Source: Balanoglossus misakiensis (Eukaryota; Animalia; Hemichordata). Taken from it: a stretch of DNA of 64,000 bases. The position numbers and the translations under genes are program-made. Where the stretch lies: positions 6,822,063 through 6,886,062 of the forward strand of contig CM082582.2 in assembly GCA_040954595.2 (NCBI GenBank), written 5' to 3'. Under the pieces are notes generated by a model. It searched no databases, had not been told where the DNA came from, and was given only the letters and a program-made list of their open reading frames with translations. The first letter of the stretch is position 1. Every line of letters starts with the position of its first letter. Positions 25,101 to 39,100 of the stretch are shown here, piece after piece.

Positions 25101-28100
25101 AACCCATGAGGCCGAATCACTACATGCCACACACTTGACAACAATTTACGTTGTGCTGTTCATTAATTTACCGCAAATTGGACTAATATATTGGAGGCAT
25201 CGGTGAGCACGCCCTTAGAGCCACTGATTGCCAAATATGTAGATAGGCTCATTAATATGCAGTGCCATACTAAAGGACTTTGCAGGAACCCGATTTATGC
25301 GACGTGTACTTCGCCGCTCACTCGCAGTTACAAGATGGCTCACATAGGCAAAAACACGCAACTCAGTGACATCTTGAAATGACATATCTTTTTGAGAGAA
25401 AGGGAACAAGAACGACCTTCTACGAAGAGTTTTGCGAATATCACAACATATTAGTCAAAATTCAAAATTCTGGTACAAAAAGGGTAATATATTGTTTGGA
25501 GAAGAGTCACCTCGCTAAGTCAGTACGTAATTCATTGACTATACACCTGCAATTATAGATTTGTTGTAGAGTCTTAAAGTAAAGTGAGGTATTCATACCC
25601 AACGGAAGTACGAGGATGTAAGGTCATGTAGGGGTCATGAAAATGGCCGATTTGAGGTGTCGCCCATTAGAAGTAAGAAGCCACTATCTACGTTCAGTAA
25701 TGCTACGTCCCGCACATAACTATGCCGACACCTGACTTAACAGTCACATCAGCGCTGCGATAGCACTGCAAGGACATCTTTGCAATAAAACAGGCAGCTG
25801 ATATATGTGTGTAATTAACCACGTGTAATTAATTTTGTCGTGACACTTTAAGCGTTACTAAAGAAGAAAGAAACCAACTTTATGGGGCGATATATCACAT
25901 CTTATCAACACTGCAGTTTATATGTACATGTACATACAAATGGAATGACACAATTTATAATCATGCTTCCTTATCTTGTTAGGGTAAGCACGGTCCATTG
26001 AATGAATTTTATCGAAGCCCAGCCACTCTACCATCTCGTCGCAACAAGTTTGTATACGAATACTAAGCAATTCTTGAAAATAATAGAGTGCAGTTCAGAC
26101 AGTAATGTAGTTTTACTGCTGTACTGATAGCTTATTTTCAGTCTTTCAAACCTGATAATATCAGCGTCTACGCCCCCTGTTAGTGAAAAAGTGGCCCGTC
26201 CGGGGGGAACACCCCTTGTCTAGGGAGTTCCGCCGGGGGTCACGTAGCGATCATTGCTTGACGCTGCTCTCCATGTCAGCGATAGCTTCCGAACTTCATG
26301 TTGATGTTCAGACCCTCACTTCCGCTGGCGAGCGGCTTTTGTGTCAAATTCCCCTGTGCGCAGAACGCACCTGTCATCCCCATGTACAAGCAAGGTTGAG
26401 ATATGTCATTACCGCTTGTTCAAGATGTTTTATTCATGGCTAGAGCAGTTGGTACTGAAGATAGAAAAAAAAAGAAAATCGCCCTGGCCATCGCTGTACA
26501 ATCAGGAATTCTTAACAACGATGGCGGGTATAGTACGACAACATACATGTAGCTGCCTATACTCCCCGCTTTGTAGATGTATGGCCCTGAAAATACGCAA
26601 GCATTCTATGAAAGAATTCAATTATCCGCGGATTTCCGAATTTTCTGTAAGGCTAACTGTTATGGGAGTCGAGCTATTCAAATCGTACACCTGACCTGTC
26701 AATCATTAGCTCAGCGCGTCTTAGTGATGTCAGATCACGTGATGTTGGATTATGCACTCAAGCGGTGCTTATGATGTTTTCTGTAACGCGAGACATGATC
26801 GATTAGGAAGCTTTTTAGTTTGTACACAGTCCCTCCACTGTGGTTTGCGGAAAGTTCAAACAAGCAAGTCCGTTTCATTTCTAGAGTGGAGAAGGTCTAC
26901 AGCCGCGACCTATTCTCGTCTCCCCGCCGGGCGTGTCGCCGTGGAGCGTCGCACATGCGCCGTACATGTACGTGTACCTCTATATTATAGCACGCGTCAT
27001 TTACCCCGTAATGACACAAAAATCAAAGGAACTTATTCCGGAGCGAAAACGCGATTTTCATGTCAAGGTACATCTCGCTCCGTGACAGGCATGCTGTGGG
27101 AATACTCGGTAAATCTACAGGCACGTATAGAGCTGCATCGCGGGAGAGCGCCGTCCAAGGCTTCAGTAGATGCGTGGCTAATATGGTACGAGACGGTATA
27201 CACTTCGGGCAGCCACAAGAGTCCGCGGAAGATAATTTTTATCTCGGCATTACAGAAAGAATCATACTTCATGATGATATTAAATTCAATGATATCAGTA
27301 AAGGTTCTTATCACAATTTGTTTTCCAAGCGAACAACTAGTAACAGGGCGCGCTGAAAGCGTGGTGCAGATGTTCCACCTTGGGTTCCAAGAAACACATT
27401 CCAAGATTACGGTTCTGCCGCCTGCAGACGAATATCAGGGAAATCACTTTATCGGGAAAGCAAACGGCCTTGCAGATAGACAATTAACTATGTTTGATAC
27501 AAGACAATGTGTATGCTATTCTACATGTACGACCACACACGGCAAATTTATAATGGTGACATTGCGAAGAAATTAATCTATCAACGTAACGAATTGGGTC
27601 GTCGATATCTCTGCTGTATGGGATGACGTGCTCGATACTTAGATCGGGGCTAACATACGTTAATGCAAAGCTCGTGACTACTTGATACCATCGCCGCCCA
27701 GTGGCAGATCTTTGCGCATGCATAATTTACTAACTCGCGCGTTTTAAGTCGATTTATACTAAGCACAGTGCGCGTGTGATTACCATAGCAATATCAAGTT
27801 ACAACCATGTTAACATTAATTATTTACGGTCGATTATAAAATACTACCATAAAACAATCTTTAATTAATTTACTCAACTGATGCTGCAAATGTGTAAGAG
27901 AATTAGGGAACCATTTTTATAATTTCAGTAGTTTTACTGTATATGACAACCGGTTTGCATATATACATGCACAGGCTTAAGTGACAAGCTGAATTCTCGG
28001 ATCCGTGGCATTCAACGTAGTTTAGAGAAGAAGTCGACGCGAGTGCAAATAGCCGCGGGAGCACTGCTTTACATGGAAATGAAGGCAATATCTTTATTGT

Positions 28101-30756
28101 GACATCTGAGTTCATCTCGCCGACACCGCCAAACGAAGTTGCAGGGCCATTCCCCATTCATTTAGGGTCACACGGCGACACAAGAACACGACATCTATGT
28201 AGTTCAGTGAAATGACATGCACCTATACATCCCAGTACTTTGATTAATTGTCATTCCATCAATTTCAATCTAATGGATAACCTTCCTTCGTATAGTGAGG
28301 ATGGATGTCAGATGCGCGAGTGAAATTACATACTACTCCTTGCAAAAATAAAACGGAAATGCGATAGGAAACAGTGATTAGAGGAAGAAAGTGAAAGACG
28401 ATTATGCATATTACAGGCACGTATCGGTCGCTCGTATTTGCAACGTTTGGTTTTCCGAGTGGTTTTGTTGAGGGGCTGAGTGGCGAGACGATGTTGTCTG
28501 AAGTTGCGGGTTCGTGTTCGGTCATTTCCGGTGAAAACCACACTTTCCATGATATACTCGAGAATAAAGTAACTCGTTATGAATAGGTGAGAGCATGTGT
28601 TCTCGTGCAGCGAAATAACCGACCCCGCAACGTACAAATGCTGTTAATTTAAAATGTAGGGGCCACAAAATTGAGTTATTTACTGCACGCCCAACGCAAT
28701 CACCGCCCATTGTCATCCAATGGAATTTCTATACTCGGTGACCGCTGCGTCATTGGTACAGCCTTCCCTTAAAGCGACACAGTCGGTAGCTCAGTCCTAA
28801 ATTGATAATTGTTCGCATTCGTGTTTATTCACAGTTGAAGCCTAACTGTTTTAGAAACCCGTCTCCCCGAGAACAGGGCTGGTCGTGCCATCGACAGAAA
28901 CAGTGTCGGACACGATTGCCATAATGGGTAGTTAAATCCCTGAAAACCCCCTACTACGATGGTTAGTAAAGTGAATTACAAATTTCCACGCACGTGCCAC
29001 GATGACGAAGCGAGAAAACAATTGGACACGTGAATTCTACTAATTCGCCAGATATATTCTGTTAATCCTTGCTGCTTGTTATCAGACATGCGAATAAGAG
29101 GAGTAAAACTGGCTATGTGAGATATGAAGTTGTTCTTCCCTTCTGGCAATATTGGAAATCATTTTTTCGTTCTGCAACTCTTAGAAAACACGTCTTAAAG
29201 GTCACACCCCCAGTATACTCTTCAATTGTCAAAATCGTGACACGGAAATGTTTCTACACACAATCCGCAAAGTTTCAAGCAAAACTAAATCACTCTGCAT
29301 GTTGTTCAATATTGTTTGAAGGGTCACTTTCTGACGGATATGCCCCCATTTCGCATTTGCGAAAGTGGATCCAGACTTCACTGGCGTGAGAGTGCTGAAA
29401 TGACGGCGACAGTTCCGACAACGCATCGTATTTCACAGATAGGCTGACATTTTGAGAGCTAAAGCCATTTATTTGCGCGACGCAATATCATATTTTGCAA
29501 TATACTACGTTGAGAACGTACATGTGTATACATGTACATACGTACAACGTGTAGCAAAAATGTCAAAGCATCCTTGGTGAGAAATTCCCCAGTTCCCCCA
29601 CAGACAACCCCCAAATTCTAAAAGCAGTTCTGACAGTTCTTGGGATGAAATTAGTCACTTTTGAACGCAATTGCGATTTAAGACTACTTGTATACACACC
29701 CGGACCCTTTTCAATCATAAGGCGTAAATTGGTGTCATTTACTTTTTTTTACCAGCAGTGAATAGTTCCTAGGCAACTCGTTATACGAGAATCCTTTGTG
29801 TGGTGCATGGAGAGTGTGGCTATTAAAAGTGCCCACTCGGAAGTTACCACATCTGCGGTTTACGTCTGACTTGTTTCGTAAGGACGATGGAACTACATTC
29901 AGCCCGCCTAGTAATGAAGTGTCACATCCCAAGTGGTTTCAATGCGCCATCGGCGTATAAATAAGAATAGGACGCGCGCGCGCCAGGAAACTGTGTCGCG
30001 TGCATGTCCTTCACGAAGCAGTCTGTGCGCCTATTTTTACGCAATCATTGTCGAAAGCATTTCTTCAATACCTAAAGACTTGTCGACTACTTGCGCATAT
30101 TATCCCGTGTTTCTCATATCCTGTTTGTTGAAAAGCCCAATACGGTGCCAATTTTAACAGATTTTACCTGAAGAGCAATCTTAAGCATCTTTATTGAAAT
30201 CAAAGCAAATTGCACAGGTAAGTGCCACCAAATTCCTTCATGTTGAACATAATCTAAGCAGAAGCAGCTCGTGTATATTCCACTTCAAAAGAAATATCAC
30301 ATGATTAATCAGTTACGTATTTATGGTTAGTTTATCGTGCTTATATCCGATCATTTTAAGTAAAAGTGCGCATCCTGACAATCGAAAAAATGCTTTTAAG
30401 TTGAGCATGTAGTATTTGTGTAATACGTCCGATATGGGGAGTTTTTTTGCTGCCATGTAACCATTTACGACCCATTAGTAGTACAGCTGTAGCAAGCTGG
30501 TCGAGAGAGTGTATACTTTAACCTTTCATTGGCACATTTATAACCTCCTGGAAAACTGGGGAGTCGATATATTCCTCTCTTTCTCTCTGACCCCACCGGA
30601 GCTGCTTTGATGGAAATAAACGGAACTGCTTCAAGTGTTCGTGTGGGCGAAGGGGGCGGCTAACAGAATGTCAACAGAGCACACTCATACTGAACCAGGC
30701 GTCCACCAAGACAGGCTAGAAACTAACCATAGTATGGGGGGGGGGTGGAAGAAAAG

Positions 30757-30769
30757 TGCTGACTCAGCA
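30757..30769. promoter_or_regulatory. Perfect palindromic Maf recognition element (T-MARE) TGCTGACTCAGCA
   Basis: Exact consensus with AT-rich flanks (gaaaag...ttttc); function not shown. Confidence 0.35.
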
Positions 30770-33700
30770 TTTTCACGATATTTTAGACCTTTTAACTGAA
30801 AAAAGTAGGATGGCAAACCCCGTTATTTTCTTTATGTTTGCATTTAAAATTCATTAATAAACAACATAAGTAGAAGTCAGGAAAATGACAATATTTTAAA
30901 GTTTGAGCAGTGTCCAACGTTAAAGCAGATGGTGAAAGTGGGAGACACAGGCTGCGCCATCCGTACAGTGAAGGTTTACTTTACCTACACACATCTTCAC
31001 AACATTTATCTCTCTTGGCTTTCTGATTTATTTTCGTTCTCGTTACGCAGCTCTTTTTGATGGCACACTACCTTTTGTAACATTTGGCATTCTGTATTTG
31101 TTACCATTGTGTAATTTTCCTTTTAACGCCGATGTTGCCCCGAAGTATAGTGACTTAACAGGTGCGTCACCAAAGCTTCGATGACGCACTCAGATCTTTT
31201 GGAGATTTGAAAACCGGTGGGACTGGCTGCCCTTTTTTCATAAACGAAGGCCGTTGGCTCCCTTCCTCCCCCAGTGGCTTAAGTATAGCTTCAGGTGGGC
31301 TGAAACCTGACCTTTGCCATTGGACTTGATATTTTCTGGGGTATATCACATACGTATGTCGATATACACTATGATGAGCGCTTACTCGCAAATCGCCAAA
31401 CTGTTTGGCTTGATGGTAATCGTTTCCCTATTTTCCTTTCTGCGACTTTTGGGAGAATGGACATTATATAGTCAGTGGATTGCGCTCACAACTGCGCAGG
31501 GCACGGAAGAGGCAGATCTGCTCGTTTCTGGGCACGATGAATAATGCAGTATTCCTACGCTTTGTATGGATTACAAGACATCCGCCTACACGTCACCGAG
31601 GCACACTTGACATTTCAAGAGGCTTGCAGAGTTCAGGCCACGCTACTGTAGTTTTTTTTCTTTTCTTTTTTTCAATATTGATCGGCTTTGAGTTTAACCG
31701 ACTTGTGCCTTCGCTTTTTTCCCACCAGCATACAGGTCAATTAGGGAAAATGTCAACACAGCTCAGACTGGTGTTAACAACGTTTCATTGCCTAGTTGTT
31801 ATGTTGTGATTTGACGATAAAAAGAAACTTCGTAAAAAGGGGTGTAGAAGGCATTTGAGAAATGTTAAAGACTAGTATTGAATAGGGATTAAAATGCTGA
31901 TTAGAATGGTCATAGATTATATGGAATAAGATGACACCGAAAGAAGCGACGTTGCCATCGCTGGCAAGATTCCAAGTGCATACTTCTGCACAATGCTGAA
32001 TCTGTCCTCCACAAATATTTCTCAAGAAAATTTTCAAGAGCTCTCAACTCTCTCAATTTGCAACCAATTTAGTCGACTTTTGGCAGAATTATACTAGCCA
32101 TTAAGGTGAATTAAGCTAAGTGTACCTTTCCGAGAATTTTAGAGCGTTTTTGAGGTATCGTCATCAATCCTCCAGGTTTTCGTAAAATGACAAATTGGAT
32201 ATTCGTGATATCAAAATCCCATTTTACTTTGAACAGGTAAACTAATCCGTTCTAAAGGCTTTGAAAGGTATCTCGTGTATCAAATTCTGCACTATCAGGA
32301 AATTCGATACATGAGCATTTACAGTTACATATCTGAGAGGTTTTAAAATGAAACTGTGGTACATTTCCATATGTGTGACGTCACTGACCAACGAATGAAA
32401 AAAATGTGTCTCTTCCATTTGCATATATTAAAAGCAGAGAGAGGGGAGAGAGAGAGACACACACACACACACAATTTACTGCGGTTCGATATTGACAGGC
32501 ACGCCATGTGCTTTGTAGCGGTGGCTAATTTAATATTCAACGGCGAACCAACAACGTATAAACGCATGATTGCACATCATCTGTTTTCGCGCACAACATG
32601 GCCCCGGTCAAGCGCACTTTCCTCTGAACTTGAATCAACTTTACGCCTGGCAGCTTCGCGGAACAGATCCCCTACAAGCAAAACGTGCCTAACATAACGG
32701 AAGCGATTACACAGCACACATTCCGAAGCAACTATAAGAACGCGGTTCTCTGCATAACCTGTAAAGAGTTGTCAGACATCAGGAACATATGAGCTTAACT
32801 AGAAAAACTGCGGGAAAGTTTCTCTGATCCCTGCATTGCAATCCCTATAGGGATGGGTCGATGACCCTGCCACGTCTCTGTCGCTTGTACAAAACAACAT
32901 GCACTTTATGTAATATCTACATTTCCGATATGTTAGCGTGCTTGAACGCTATCAATTCCACGCGTCTCCACTCGTTCACGCCTGGAACAATGGTCCTGCA
33001 CGACATATATTAAAATGCGGAGTCACGATTACCAGCGGGGTGTGTCGGTAGCTCGGCGTGACTCGTTCGCGCGACTAAATCCACGCCGAATCGGTTGGCA
33101 CGGTAGCTACGACGTCATTGCTAGATCAGATGATAAAATATTGCTGAAAATTCATAAAAAATGAAATCACTTGTCCAAATATTATATCCAGCGGACAAAA
33201 CGTTTCCGGCATTGTCAAATTCGCTCACATCAAATTATAATTATTTCACCGTGGAAGTGGTTGTAATGTTGATTTTATGCTTGAACGTGTTTATTTTAGC
33301 GGTTACCATGCAAACATGAATCTCGGTAACAGGTACATGTACAATAGTGCAATCTGATCAACGAATGTTAAACATTGGTATTTTCCTTGAAAAGCATTCC
33401 CTATACTCCAGGCTAAGAAGGGCTTTCTCGGAATACACGCCTTCAAAACGTCACTCGGCCTCGACAGTCATAAGGTTACCGTAAGAACGGTGATGGCGAT
33501 TATCTCCATGGTAACCCGGTGATTATATCGGCGGTGATAAAAATTGTCCCTCTGACATTTTAGAAGTGCCGTTCGGGTTTCCTCGTTGGATAAGAGTATG
33601 ACAAAACAGTTTAAAACAAAATTACGCGAAGAAGCCAGGGAGGTTCTTTCTTCAACGTGATAAAACTGGTGATCTGCTTCTAATATACGCATGGACGCAT

Positions 33701-34949
33701 GCGCATGAGATATGCACGATCTTCAGTCACACTATAGTATTAGGAAATTCAAGCGACACTAAAATGAGCGGCGGAGAAAACGTTTTCATACCGATAATAT
33801 TTGCTTAACGTCAGATAAATATATCCCCTGGCGAGTTCCTGCGGGCTATACCTTGCACGGTGCTGAATGTCAGGCGTTGTCAATACAGAAGTCTGTGTGA
33901 ATGAATAGACAGACAACAGCTTACGTGGCGGAGGTGCAATTTTAATGCAATTTAACTGGTGTTATCCGGTCGTGTTCAAAAATGCCACTTGTGTAGGAGG
34001 TTTGCTTTGCGTTTTGTGACCTTCCCCCGCCTATTACTCGCGGAGCACACCTCGTGCCTTTGGCGCAATCCCCGGGGGACAGTGCCAAGATGAGCTCTGA
34101 TGCCGTGCTCTCAGACACACGGGGGCCGACATCCATATCAGTATGTCGCCTGATGTTAAACTATTATACATGCTTACAGAAGCCAAGTAGACATGTTATG
34201 ACGTCATTTGACTGTGTTGTGTTGGGCCCACTCATCTTGTCGCCTTATCTTAGAGCTGGGAACTAACCCTATAGACATTCGCGACTGCCAGAACTGCAGA
34301 CTGTCTGCGTTCCAACCTGATTTCTACCCAACATATTCAATAGCTTTGGAGGTTCAACCGCCCTTTACAGTGTCGATTTTAAAACAAAATAGAGTAAATT
34401 TGGTGCGGTACAGTGAGATTTACTTGCCCGAGTTTACTCGGGCAACCGTTGACTGTCACTGATCTCGAGGATCCAGACTCTAGTTTTCTAGTCTGCCAGG
34501 TTCTGAAGCCATTCGTTTTAATTTAATGATGTGCACGCAGCGCCATTAAAATCTGTTCAGTTCAAATAATGTTTCAAGCCGAGTCCCCCGGGGGCATGGT
34601 CTCGCAGTGCATGCGAATAGGTAGCACACGCTCTCAAACATCACCTGTATATAGAAGAAACATTATTCCACTCTGAAGAGATATTGATGATTTGATCAAA
34701 CTCGCCTGGGCGGTCGGCTCTGTGTCTGTTGAGGAGAATTTCCAAACAGCTAATAGCAGTTCTAGGGCTCTGCGCTCTTCCCGCACAAACACACGCAGGC
34801 TAATTTAACACGGTTAGCCAACATCCTGAAGGCCTAAACCCGTCTCCCAATGTGGCTTGGTTACAAGTATTGTGAAAACACTCTCGTCGATTTCAGAACA
34901 TATTTGCAAGGTGGATATGGGACTATGGTTTTATGTCACACTACAAATA

Positions 34950-35245
34950 ACTGTCCGTTTTCTGCAGTCCACTACCCCATTTTCACATTTGCATCATTAA
35001 CATATCCATTGTTCAATTTTCACACCCAACCCTTCTTTTGTTTTCTGATGCACCTGGTCCTGCACATATTTTCTACTTTGAATACCCCATGATTCTCTGT
35101 TTCTCCGTTCATTCCACGAGTTCATCTGATGAAGGGGACTACATGTTCCCGAAAGCTCATGCTGAAATTTAACTGTTGATCAAAGAGTGCTACAGAACTT
35201 TAGTACATATTGTACCGAAGATCAACACGGCAATACTCCGAATTG
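34950..35245 (+). mobile_element. Penelope-like element terminal-repeat remnant
   Basis: Pyrimidine-rich lead-in, then cat-ctgatgaa-stem-gaaagctc-atgc...tgttgatc...gtgctaca...aacacggc, which resembles the architecture of Penelope/Neptune terminal repeats. Left boundary approximate. Confidence 0.65.
35123..35161 (+). ncRNA. Minimal type I hammerhead ribozyme (Penelope-associated)
   Basis: CUGAUGA(A) 35126-35133; stem II GGGGAC/GUUCCC with UACAU loop; GAAA 35151-35154; palindromic AGCU mini-stem III; UC cleavage site; CAU/AUG stem I. Confidence 0.75.
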
Positions 35246-36114
35246 TCAAAATGATTTTATGTATCAATTGATATTTATCAATTTTGGTAGCGTATGTTGC
35301 GTCGCAAAGAATGATGAACTGTTGTTACTAAAACGATAACCCATGAATCGTTTAGCATAACATACGATATAGCCCATGTAAATTTCACAGACACGCTATA
35401 CATGTATAACATAATGTTTGCTCATACGAGAAACATTCTTGTAGTGATTCATGTCACGACTTGAAATGCAGCCCCTTGTAGCAAAGACGAGTACGGCCGT
35501 TCTTTGCAAGTGGCCTATAAACACCCCGGGGCTTTTTTCCTCAAATAACGTAACTACCAATAAAACATGTCGGCAATCAGCGCAAATCATACTATGCAGA
35601 TCACGGCAAGGCACCGGGCACCACGAGCCAAATCATAAATTACCCAGGCTAATTACTTTCAACAATACGACGCGTGTAATTATTTCGTCGACTGCAGTGC
35701 GCGCGTGAGTATTCTCGATGGCAACCCTAATGGCTATCATCCTTATGCTCCGAGGGCACCCGGCATATAAACACGTAATATGATTAAATACGTAAAGGGT
35801 GGGGGTCCTATGTTTGAAGTTAGCAAATTAATAAGCAGGTATTGAATACGCCTTGAGTTATACTGTAAGCTCCATTTTTTCTACTGTGGGTTACATAATT
35901 GCGTGATAACTCGAGATGTCTCCTTTTTCTAGAAACCCAGGTAAATGTATACCCCTGGAAATATTCCTGGCACATTATCGTGTCTCGTTAGATTGCTTCT
36001 AAGGCGTTAATAAACTCGGCTTCAGAGCTGTAGGGTGTACAACCCCGTTGCTGCAAACCCCAACTCTTCTGCGCCTTCCCATGTGATTTAATCAAGAAAA
36101 AGTCACGTACGTAC

Positions 36115-36182
36115 CATGGTTGCTTCTCTGACAGAGTCGAGGCTGTTTATGAACATGTGACACGTGACCAACACTGCCGACC
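36115..36182 (-). CDS. Cys-loop channel exon 3 (GSAVLVTCHMFINSLDSVREATM)
   Basis: Matches GlyR '[23 protein letters not shown]'; 68 nt, phase 1-0; ttacag acceptor, gtacgt donor. Confidence 0.95.
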
Positions 36183-39100
36183 CTGTAAAGGAGAAAGAAA
36201 CGAGAGACATGAATAACCAGAAGTTTCCCAGCAATGTGTGTAATGCGCTGCACTGTGTCGTGGTGTGCAATGTGCGAACTATACTGTATGTCACCTACAT
36301 TTTGTATATAAACTAAGTGTCTTGTATTTCAAATGCATACGTACACACACTCTGTGTTAAGGTCGTTCACAACACTGACAAAATAAACACTCCCCGAGTC
36401 ATCGAAGATCAACACGGCCATATCGTCACTTGTTACGAGAAAGTAAATTTTGATTCTTTTAGAAAGTTTCCGCCGGTACACGTTTGTTATATCGTGTATG
36501 GAACAGGTGGTATATACTGCTTGTAGTGAGACTAGTCATGGGACTAGTATAGGCCCATTTTCACTTGCAGTGGCGTGTATATACATGTACATATTTTCTC
36601 TCCGTGATCTCAAGAGATCTAAGCCTAACTACATTTGCCTTCACCAGCCCGTGTCTCGGCTGGCATTCATGGGAGAAGTAATTAGTGAGGAATGTGTCAC
36701 GATCACGCAATTATCGGTCGTGATAGCAGGGCATTTCCAGTGAAGCATTTTGCGTAATGTGTATTCACGTTCACGTAACGACGTGTCCGGCTGTAACATT
36801 TAATCCGTCCGTCAAACACACGTGGCATTATCCCCGCAAAACGCCGTTCGGGGATACGCATCTGCGATCTGATTTTTTATCATCTAACCCCGGCGAAACC
36901 ATCTTTTATGTTGCTTAACATCGGCAGCCGTACATTTTGCCACCGTTGGAGTAAAGGAGTCGTTAAAACGTATCAGAATGTGGTTTGCTATATGATGTCA
37001 CAAGTTGAATAGCAACTTCTGATTCTTTAGCATGGGTGTTAATCGGAGACATCATGTTTACAAGTTTCCAGGCTTTAGGTATACATGTCAAGGAACTTTC
37101 AGTTTCAGATTCACGGAGAGGATAGCATGAAGTATCAAATTATCGCGGACCCTCGCTACAAGGGTCATACGGGGTCACTTAACGAGAAGCCAAACGTAAA
37201 AGGGGGTAATTGCGAGGTTACGCTTCAGCTCGCGCGGGGGCTGATTGGCGATTGATTGCCAAGATATTGGGAATGAACGTGTGCTTGGTGAGCGGTGACC
37301 GTGACTACAGGGAAAAATAGGGCACTGGAACTTCTTGTTAACGAATAGGCGCATTATAGTTGGGACCATTCGTGCCATTGCAGTCTAAACGATGCTTATT
37401 TTCCGAGTGCGGCCGGCTGAGCTGCGTGGTTTCCCCGACCGAATCAACAAGAGTCCCAGTTGGCACAGTACGTGACCACGCGAATGACTGCACGAGCAGT
37501 CCTGTTTTGACTTTGAGTTATTCTACATCAAAAATCCCGACAGCAACGACGGCTGACGAATAGCAACGGCTTTGACTAGGAAGTTCAATAATAACAAATA
37601 TAAGTAGAACTTAACCTTCCAAAATTGCCACCGTTATCGATGCTGGCTCTTAAGTAGGATAATTACACAAAGGAAAGTGGTATACAGCAGCTTCGCAGAA
37701 ACTCCTCACTTGGACATGATGCGCATGCTCGGCAAAAAGAGCACAGCGTTACAAATATCGACCCTTCGCTAATGTTTGGTGCAATAAAAAACGGCGCCTT
37801 GCTATTGAAAATGACAACTGATCTTTGCAGCCAGACACAAGCGTTCAATCTAGAGCATTTGGTTACTAAACGGCAGTGTGTTAACACGAATATATGCATT
37901 ATTCAAAAGGTGTATGAATAAAAGAGAACATATTTTAAATAATAATACATCAAGATGCGGCAACTTTTGGGACTAAGTTTTGTAAGAGATATAGGGTGCT
38001 CTTCAGTAAACTCCCGTGTGTGGCTTATATATATGCATCGGCTATACCTTGGCCATACCAGTAAGAGATCACGTCATGCTTAACACCCAATCACATGCGA
38101 CTTTGTTGACGCTATGCATAATTCACATGCAGCATCACGGAGAACAGTTTTCGCGTTATAGCCGACATAAAAGACCGTCGCAGCCATCATTTCTAATGCG
38201 GTCACAAAGATGTCCGTCTATATAAGAGGAGGATGTACCGTACGACACGAGACTTGGTAATGATGGCGTGAGATCAGGCGAAATCCTCGTCGGTTCAATA
38301 ATCGTCGCGGTCGCCCAGACACCATCTGCCCCGCGGGCACCATTATCCTTAAGCCATATGCGTTAGTGGTTTTTCGCTTGTCACGATCTGCAGCAGTAAC
38401 TCTTGGGAGTGGCTGCTTTTCTTTGCCGCCCTGTGACCGGGTGTCGCTTTTAATTTAAAGGGCCAGGCGGTCGCGCACGCGTCGATCTATACAACGTTAT
38501 GCCTGTTCTATCAAGAGTTGAATTTCGTCAACGACAACGTAATGCCATTTCCATTCTGCGCTAAAATAATCCTAGTTGGAGGTGATCAGTGCTGAACGTG
38601 CGGCAATCAAGTCAGGACTGGAACGTTGGCTTTGATTAAGAAAATCGATCGATATTCCGCGTTTGCAAATCCCGCCGCTTCCAACAATCATGCAATTTGT
38701 TTTAATGGAACAATTTCGTGCATGTGCAGGGGGTACCGTTTACCTTTTGCAAAAGCGGTCAGCCCGTAAAATAAATAAATGACAGTGCGGTTTGACAAGA
38801 TTCTGATGGTGAATTCCTCTAGTAAAGTATAAATACGGCAACTTAACGTCTTGTACTAACTTAAAGGCGATGACAAAAGCGCAATTCTTGCAAGGTAACA
38901 AGGCATACCATCTGCTGAGGGATAATTTCATTTTCTCGGGAAAATTGCAGCGGGAACTGGAGACAGTGCAGGTATGGTCAACGTACATGCTGTCACTTTA
39001 GTACAGAGATTATACGGTCCTGCAAGTTAATATAGTGGTCTTTCGTCCTGGGCGACGCACCTTTCATATACGAAACTTCGTTACGATTGCGTCAAAGAGA

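Noticed and set aside
26752-27576. Longest ORF in the track (274 aa, +)
   Set aside because: No recognisable domain, composition looks like translated non-coding DNA, and it is antisense within the channel intron with no supporting splice structure.
34673-34715. Second hammerhead candidate (CTGAAGA-GAT...ATC-AAAC)
   Set aside because: Lacks the G of GAAA, stem II is weak and there is no convincing stem I or III.
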